In this document: positions 59,570-64,000 of the stretch, piece by piece | How positions within the stretch are numbered: position 1 is the stretch's first letter | Layout of the letters: each line of letters opens with the position of its first letter | Virus record (IMG/VR): IMGVR_UViG_3300036817_000176 | Span: 21,947-85,946 of that record | From: a virus | Direction: 5' to 3' (one strand) | Length of the DNA stretch: 64,000 nucleotides | Made by a program: the position numbers and the translations under genes | Notes under the pieces: generated by a model | Seen by the model: the letters and a program-made list of their open reading frames with translations, nothing else | The model's database searches: none | Told to the model about the DNA's origin: nothing

Positions 59570-60534
59570 GACGCGTCGAAACCGCTATCAACATTCACAA
59601 AGAGGGGCGCTCAGGCCATAACGGGCGTCGCTATGTTCAGCATTCGGTCAGAGCCATGATCGACTCGGCCGCCACCCAGGAGGGGCTACGTCTGGGCGAG
59701 CTGTTCGGCTACTTTGGCCATACCGCCCGCACCCTGTCCGGCAAGATGAAACCGGATGAGCAGGAGGTCGTGATGGTTAACGGCAAGCCGGTCGTGATGC
59801 AGAACGTCCCCAGCAACCGGCTGGTGGATATCTCGCTCGATGACGACGGCACGCTGCATCACACGCAGGAGATCCTCGATACGCCGTCCGGCGGTCTGGT
59901 CTGCGCGATGATCGACAGCAACGCGGGCGGCTGGAGCTGGGCGGTGACCGGCCCGCGAAACAGCGCCGGTGACCACCCGCAAACCATGTACGGCTTTGAC
60001 TACGTGGCACAACCTAACTTCATCCCCCTGGTGCGCCAGGGCGCGATGCTGGACTCCGTGGGCGAAGACGTGATCACCCGTCTGGGCATGGACCGCGATG
60101 GCTACTGCGCGATGCTGGACAGCTGGGCGCAGGCGTCCGAGGCGCGCCATATTGAAGAGGCCAGCCTGTATGACATCATGATGCTGGACGGGATGCTGAT
60201 CGAGGAGCGTAACTCCTCGGCGCAGCTGAAGCGTGATCTGGAGGCGGCGAGGGAAGAGGCCCGCCAGGCGACAGAGGCCCGTCAGGAAGCGATGATGGAT
60301 GCGCTGGAGACTTACCCGGTGATGCTGACCAAAGAGCAGCGCCGCGCCATTGCCTCGATGGCCACGCCGGAGGATGCGCTGATCTTCCGCCAGTTCCTAG
60401 ATAGCCTGTCCCGTTCAGATCTGGGTAGCCTGCCGCTGGGCGGGAAACGCGAACCGCAGACGGCGGCGGTACCGAGTCAGTTCAGGGAGGTTCCGGGCGC
60501 GGTTGATTTTAATCACTCGCTCCGCTTGAGCTAA
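59566..60534 (+). CDS. pro: Prohead protease
   Basis: GELFGYFGH, HTQEILDT, GGWSWA and GFDYV motifs. Confidence 0.88.
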   Translation: MRRVETAINIHKEGRSGHNGRRYVQHSVRAMIDSAATQEGLRLGELFGYFGHTARTLSGKMKPDEQEVVMVNGKPVVMQNVPSNRLVDISLDDDGTLHHTQEILDTPSGGLVCAMIDSNAGGWSWAVTGPRNSAGDHPQTMYGFDYVAQPNFIPLVRQGAMLDSVGEDVITRLGMDRDGYCAMLDSWAQASEARHIEEASLYDIMMLDGMLIEERNSSAQLKRDLEAAREEARQATEARQEAMMDALETYPVMLTKEQRRAIASMATPEDALIFRQFLDSLSRSDLGSLPLGGKREPQTAAVPSQFREVPGAVDFNHSLRLS

Positions 60535-60561
60535 AACACTGGATTGTTTGAGGTAATAAAC

Positions 60562-60594
60562 AAGCCCGCTCTGGTGATTCACCAGCGGGCTTTT
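60562..60594 (+). terminator. Intrinsic terminator
   Basis: AAGCCCGCTCTGGTG-ATT-CACCAGCGGGCTTTT. Confidence 0.75.
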
Positions 60595-60825
60595 GTGAGC
60601 CTGTCAGGGTTTAGGTATTCTTTAGTCAAATACTTTACGAAAATCAGGCGCAGCAAGGTGTGGCGGGGTGTTCTTAATAAGTCAGTATTTAGTTTTAACT
60701 CAACCTTTGGTTGAATAAGTACAGTACACGGTTTACTATATGACCAGATAAGTTGTAATTAGTACCTGCAGAATCACCGGCTCAGCTAATAAGTAGAAGT
60801 CGGTATATGCGTGAGGAAGATACTT

Positions 60826-60996
60826 ATGAAAACATTTAAAGATATGACACCAATGGAACGCCTCGATTACATGCGTAAACACGGTGTGACTCTCTTTCCT
60901 AATCTCTCTAAGGAAGAAAAGAGAGCAGTGCTGTATGTCGAAAACGAACCGGCAGTATCAGCGCAAAGAACCGAGCATAAACTAGCCACCTATTGA
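60826..60996 (+). CDS. Small hypothetical protein (56 aa)
   Basis: GAGGA RBS; low GC. Confidence 0.65.
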   Translation: MKTFKDMTPMERLDYMRKHGVTLFPNLSKEEKRAVLYVENEPAVSAQRTEHKLATY

Positions 60997-61565
60997 TTGG
61001 TTGGTGGGGTTAGAACCTCATCAACCTTCACACTCATACTGGCAATAGCACCCTTCTGCCCTAACTTAAAACCGACTTCACCCTTCATGCTTCTCCTGTA
61101 CCGCTCAACAAGTTCCGGTGCAGGCTCACATATAGTAAGCACACCACGCCCCATAGCTTGCCCTAAGATTGCGCCATATGTGATGGACGCCGGTATCATG
61201 AAACCTTTAAGCGAGTCACAACGGATATCGCGCTGTACAAACTGCAGTTCGACCTCATCTGCCAATAACTTCCCGGAAAACAGTCCACCAAACACCCCGT
61301 TACTGGAGACGGCAACAATAAACTTCTCAGTGGAATATTTAGCCTTATGGTAGATATCTTCCCAGGACCAGCCGCCATACCCATCCTTGAAAGCTGACGT
61401 GTTAGGCCAGTTCTCTGCAACCATGTAATTCTGCTTTGAACACAATGTGTATTGAAGAGAAGGGGCAACAATTTCAGGGTAAGACTCCGCCATCTCTTGA
61501 GAGTACGCGTCAGCAGCCACAGGGCCAAGCCCAGAAATAAGAGCATTAAACTCAAGTTTGTTCAT
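60990..61565 (-). CDS. Putative GNAT-like acetyltransferase, low GC (start uncertain, 61565 or 61637)
   Basis: GWSW; beta strands FIVAV..GLFSG..VELQFVQR; LKG; EPAPELVERY. Confidence 0.55.
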   Translation of the reverse strand: MNKLEFNALISGLGPVAADAYSQEMAESYPEIVAPSLQYTLCSKQNYMVAENWPNTSAFKDGYGGWSWEDIYHKAKYSTEKFIVAVSSNGVFGGLFSGKLLADEVELQFVQRDIRCDSLKGFMIPASITYGAILGQAMGRGVLTICEPAPELVERYRRSMKGEVGFKLGQKGAIASMSVKVDEVLTPPTNQ

Positions 61566-61700
61566 GCAGCACCAGGTAGCAACACAAAGAATAGCAGCAT
61601 CATACCATGAGACATTAGGAGCTGAAAAATCCGGCACCTATGACACGGGACGATCGTTCTACCAGATGAGCAGGTTCAATAAATAGGCCCCAAAAGGAGC

Positions 61701-62594
61701 CTATTTTTTTTGCCTGGTTCGGGTCGGTTTCTGGCGGCTATGAATCAAAACGAAGCGTTCACGGCCACGGGTCTGGATGTCGTAGTCCAGATAGCCGATC
61801 GCTTTCAGTTCGGTCAGCGCCTTAGTGATGCTGCGATTAGCTTCGGCCAGTTTGCTGGTGGTCAGGGCCACACGTTCGCGCAGGCGCGCAAAGGAGAGCG
61901 GGGCAGGGTCGGCGGGCAGGGCGGCGATAAACATATACAGGCACTGCGCCACCTCTTTCCGGCGTAGCGATTCCTGGAGCTCCATCGACAGCAGGATATT
62001 GTGATCGATGCGGTAGAGCTCCCAGAGGCACTTATCCGGAACCAGGCGCAGAACATCGCGCCGGGCATCGAACTCGGCAAGCTGCAGGAGGTGCGTTTTG
62101 AACTTGCTGCCGTCCGGGGCGCTGAAGGTGATCACCTGCGTCATGATGCGGGTAAGGCTATTGTCGATACGATGGCGCAACGCCGTTGTGAGCTGCTTTG
62201 ACGGGAAGCCGCAAAGGCTGGCGAACATCCTGAAGTCGATCTCCATGCCGGTGGCCTTAAACCCGTGCTGTTCAAAAACCTGCGTGATACCCGTCCAGAC
62301 GCGAAAATCCGTCTCGATATCCATAACCGCCCCGTAGATGGTCACCCGCTTATAACCCTCGGCCCGGGCGAAGGCCAGTTCGCGCATGGTATCGGACACG
62401 TCCGCCGATCGGCTCAGGTGTTTATTGTGCGGGTTGCGCGCCACCGGCGTGAAAATTTGCGTGCGCAAAATCAGGTTCGGGTGAACGGTGGATAACCTGT
62501 TGTGTTTTACTTCAGACAATGGCGTACCGTCTGGGACTGGTTTGTTGTAACCAATTGTTTTGTCTTCAAATAATGCTTGTGTTGCTAAAATCAT
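61701..62594 (-). CDS. Second, diverged RepA-family initiator
   Basis: ARAEGY..VTIYGAVMDIETDFRVW, CGFPSK, LSFARLRER, LKAIGYLD; the ORF-track start at 62669 lies inside the iterons, so ATG 62594 is preferred. Confidence 0.92.
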   Translation of the reverse strand: MILATQALFEDKTIGYNKPVPDGTPLSEVKHNRLSTVHPNLILRTQIFTPVARNPHNKHLSRSADVSDTMRELAFARAEGYKRVTIYGAVMDIETDFRVWTGITQVFEQHGFKATGMEIDFRMFASLCGFPSKQLTTALRHRIDNSLTRIMTQVITFSAPDGSKFKTHLLQLAEFDARRDVLRLVPDKCLWELYRIDHNILLSMELQESLRRKEVAQCLYMFIAALPADPAPLSFARLRERVALTTSKLAEANRSITKALTELKAIGYLDYDIQTRGRERFVLIHSRQKPTRTRQKK

Positions 62595-62619
62595 CTTTTG
62601 CTCAGTAACGTGTGACCGC

Positions 62620-62877
62620 TTCCAGTTATGGCTACATCGACTTCCATTTATGGCTACATCGTTTTCCACTTATGGCTACATCGAAATCCTTAAATCTCCA
62701 CTTATGGCTACATCGACTTCCACTTATGGCTACATCAAACCAACTTACCCACAGGCCGCAACAGCAGTAATGACGCGGCTCTCAGCGATATCGGCAAGGG
62801 TCGGGGATCTTTTAGGATCTTAAAAGAGGGATATATGGGGATCTATTGGGTATTAGCAGCACGTTTTTTGTGGATAA
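62620..62877 (-). repeat. Second origin: five iterons, DnaA boxes, GATC repeats
   Basis: TTCCAxTTATGGCTACATCGA at 62620, 62642, 62664, 62696, 62718; TTACCCACA 62745; GGATCT x3 at 62803-62845; TGTGGATAA 62869. Confidence 0.92.
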
Positions 62878-62950
62878 CCGCTGCGAATAACCATGCGACC
62901 CGCTATTCCTTCAGGGCGTCACTAAAACAAAATATTAACTCGCAGACAAC

Positions 62951-62973
62951 AAAAAAAGGAGCCTTTCGGCTCC
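62951..62973 (-). terminator. Intrinsic terminator
   Basis: GGAGCC-GAAA-GGCTCC-T7 on minus strand. Confidence 0.85.
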
Positions 62974-63000
62974 TGGTTAGGATGTTACTTGCTACTAAAG

Positions 63001-63168
63001 CTAAATTATGGGGCAAGCCTCACAATATATCCTCGTTGCTTGTCTTAACAACCGGTTACGCGCGTCATGATTGATCTTCAGTGTCATAACCAGCGATTCA
63101 AATTCTTTCAGCTTCTCAAACGTGTTTATGCCATACAAAACACTGTAAAAAGATTCATATTTGCTCAT
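63001..63168 (-). CDS. Small protein (55 aa), not in ORF track
   Basis: MSKYESFYSVLYGINTFEKLKEF...CEACPII*; GAG RBS; followed by a terminator. Confidence 0.55.
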   Translation of the reverse strand: MSKYESFYSVLYGINTFEKLKEFESLVMTLKINHDARNRLLRQATRIYCEACPII

Positions 63169-63465
63169 ATCTCACTAATCCGCTTCTTGATTTGAGATTT
63201 TATGCCACCAGCCCGGTGACGCCTTGCCGGTTCGTTTCGGAACCAACATGCTCACAATATGCCCCTTTAATGAACAAGTCACGAAAATATTTCGCATATA
63301 GGCTAAAATATTTACTATAAATAGGAAAATATTTCCTATCTCTTATGGCGAGGGTGGTAGTAAAATCTAAACAGCACCAAAAGACTCACAAATAAAACTT
63401 AGGATATTTGCAGGGGGATCTCCGTCGCGGTATCGTGTTACAACTTTTTGGATAAGAGGATTGTT

Positions 63466-63801
63466 ATGGATCTGGACGAACTGGACGCAGCGCGAATTTT
63501 GCTGGTTGGTGATGAGTTCGGGAGCAAGGGGAAGTTTGCGAAGCTGCTCGGCCTGTCTGGCCATCACTCGCTGCGCGGTTATTATCGCCGTGGGAGTGTC
63601 CCGAGGTGGATTGAGGTCCGCATCCTTGACTTGCTCGCTATGCGCGAAATGCGACTGGCTGAAGAAGCCAAAAAGGAAAAAAAAGCCCGTGCGCGCAAAG
63701 AGCGCCGTGCAAAACAGGATCTGGCTATCTTCGAAGCGGGGCCGGTTGCTGACAAGGATGATACTGATGATGATGCACCGGTGATCAAGGACGAAGACTG
63801 A
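63466..63801 (+). CDS. Small Cro/HTH-like protein
   Basis: GAGGA RBS; SKGKFAKLLGLSGHHSLRGYY..G.VP.W; basic then acidic tail. Confidence 0.65.
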   Translation: MDLDELDAARILLVGDEFGSKGKFAKLLGLSGHHSLRGYYRRGSVPRWIEVRILDLLAMREMRLAEEAKKEKKARARKERRAKQDLAIFEAGPVADKDDTDDDAPVIKDED

Positions 63802-63803
63802 CA

Positions 63804-64000
63804 ATGTATCAGTTGATACACGCGGACCCGCCCTGGCGCTACTCCGACCGGAATGAAAACAGGGGCGGCGCCAGCCGCCACTACAACACCATGAGCCTTA
63901 AAGACATGAAGGCCATGAACGTCGCCGAACTGGCCGCGCCCACGTCTGTGCTCTGGATGTGGACCACTGCGCCCCAGCTCCCCGACTCCCTCGAGCTGAT
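63804..64000 (+). CDS. MT-A70 family adenine methyltransferase (3'-truncated by window)
   Basis: MYQLIHADPPWRY...HYNTM...LWMWTT; not in ORF track. Confidence 0.9.
   Translation, partial: MYQLIHADPPWRYSDRNENRGGASRHYNTMSLKDMKAMNVAELAAPTSVLWMWTTAPQLPDSLEL

Larger units (their letters stand above)
1..64000. mobile_element. P1-like temperate phage-plasmid (partial genome)
   Basis: P1 synteny throughout: pacB-c1, cre/lox, contractile tail and baseplate genes, darA/ddrB/darB/ulx, prt/pro, iteron repA. Confidence 0.96.

Noticed and set aside
62595-62738. N-terminal extension of the second Rep from 62669
   Set aside because: It runs through the iterons; ATG 62594 is more plausible
1-64000. tRNA, rRNA, IS elements, resistance genes, host assignment
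   Set aside because: None recognised by eye; the host genus cannot be fixed without a search

Overview
The window is about two thirds of a divergent P1-like (Punavirus-type) temperate phage-plasmid, roughly 60% GC by eye. In order it holds: the pacB 3' end and a c1 repressor; a Cre-family recombinase with its own 34-bp lox-like site (2291-2324); a low-GC DUF4238 moron and a DHH phosphoesterase; baseplate, head and tail operons in P1 gene order (26-25-7-24-6-5-PAAR; 23-22-21-pmgG-bplB; pmgC-tub-pmgB-sit-pmgA-bplA-16-R-fibres); the lydA-hdf-darA-ddrA-ddrB antirestriction operon and an amidase endolysin; a lambdoid-like accessory operon; a near-P1 repA replicon with P1-type iterons; ulx-darB and prt-pro; a low-GC GNAT-like two-gene island; a second, diverged RepA replicon with its own iterons; and the start of an MT-A70 methyltransferase. 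The most interesting signals are the new Cre/lox pair, the two iteron replicons, a 10-bp intergenic motif (ACATCCTAAC) found 8 times exactly, two 21-bp-phased AAAATATTT triplets each in front of a small HTH gene near a replicon, and a candidate divergent sRNA pair. All homology calls come from recalled P1 protein features, motifs and synteny. No database search was run.
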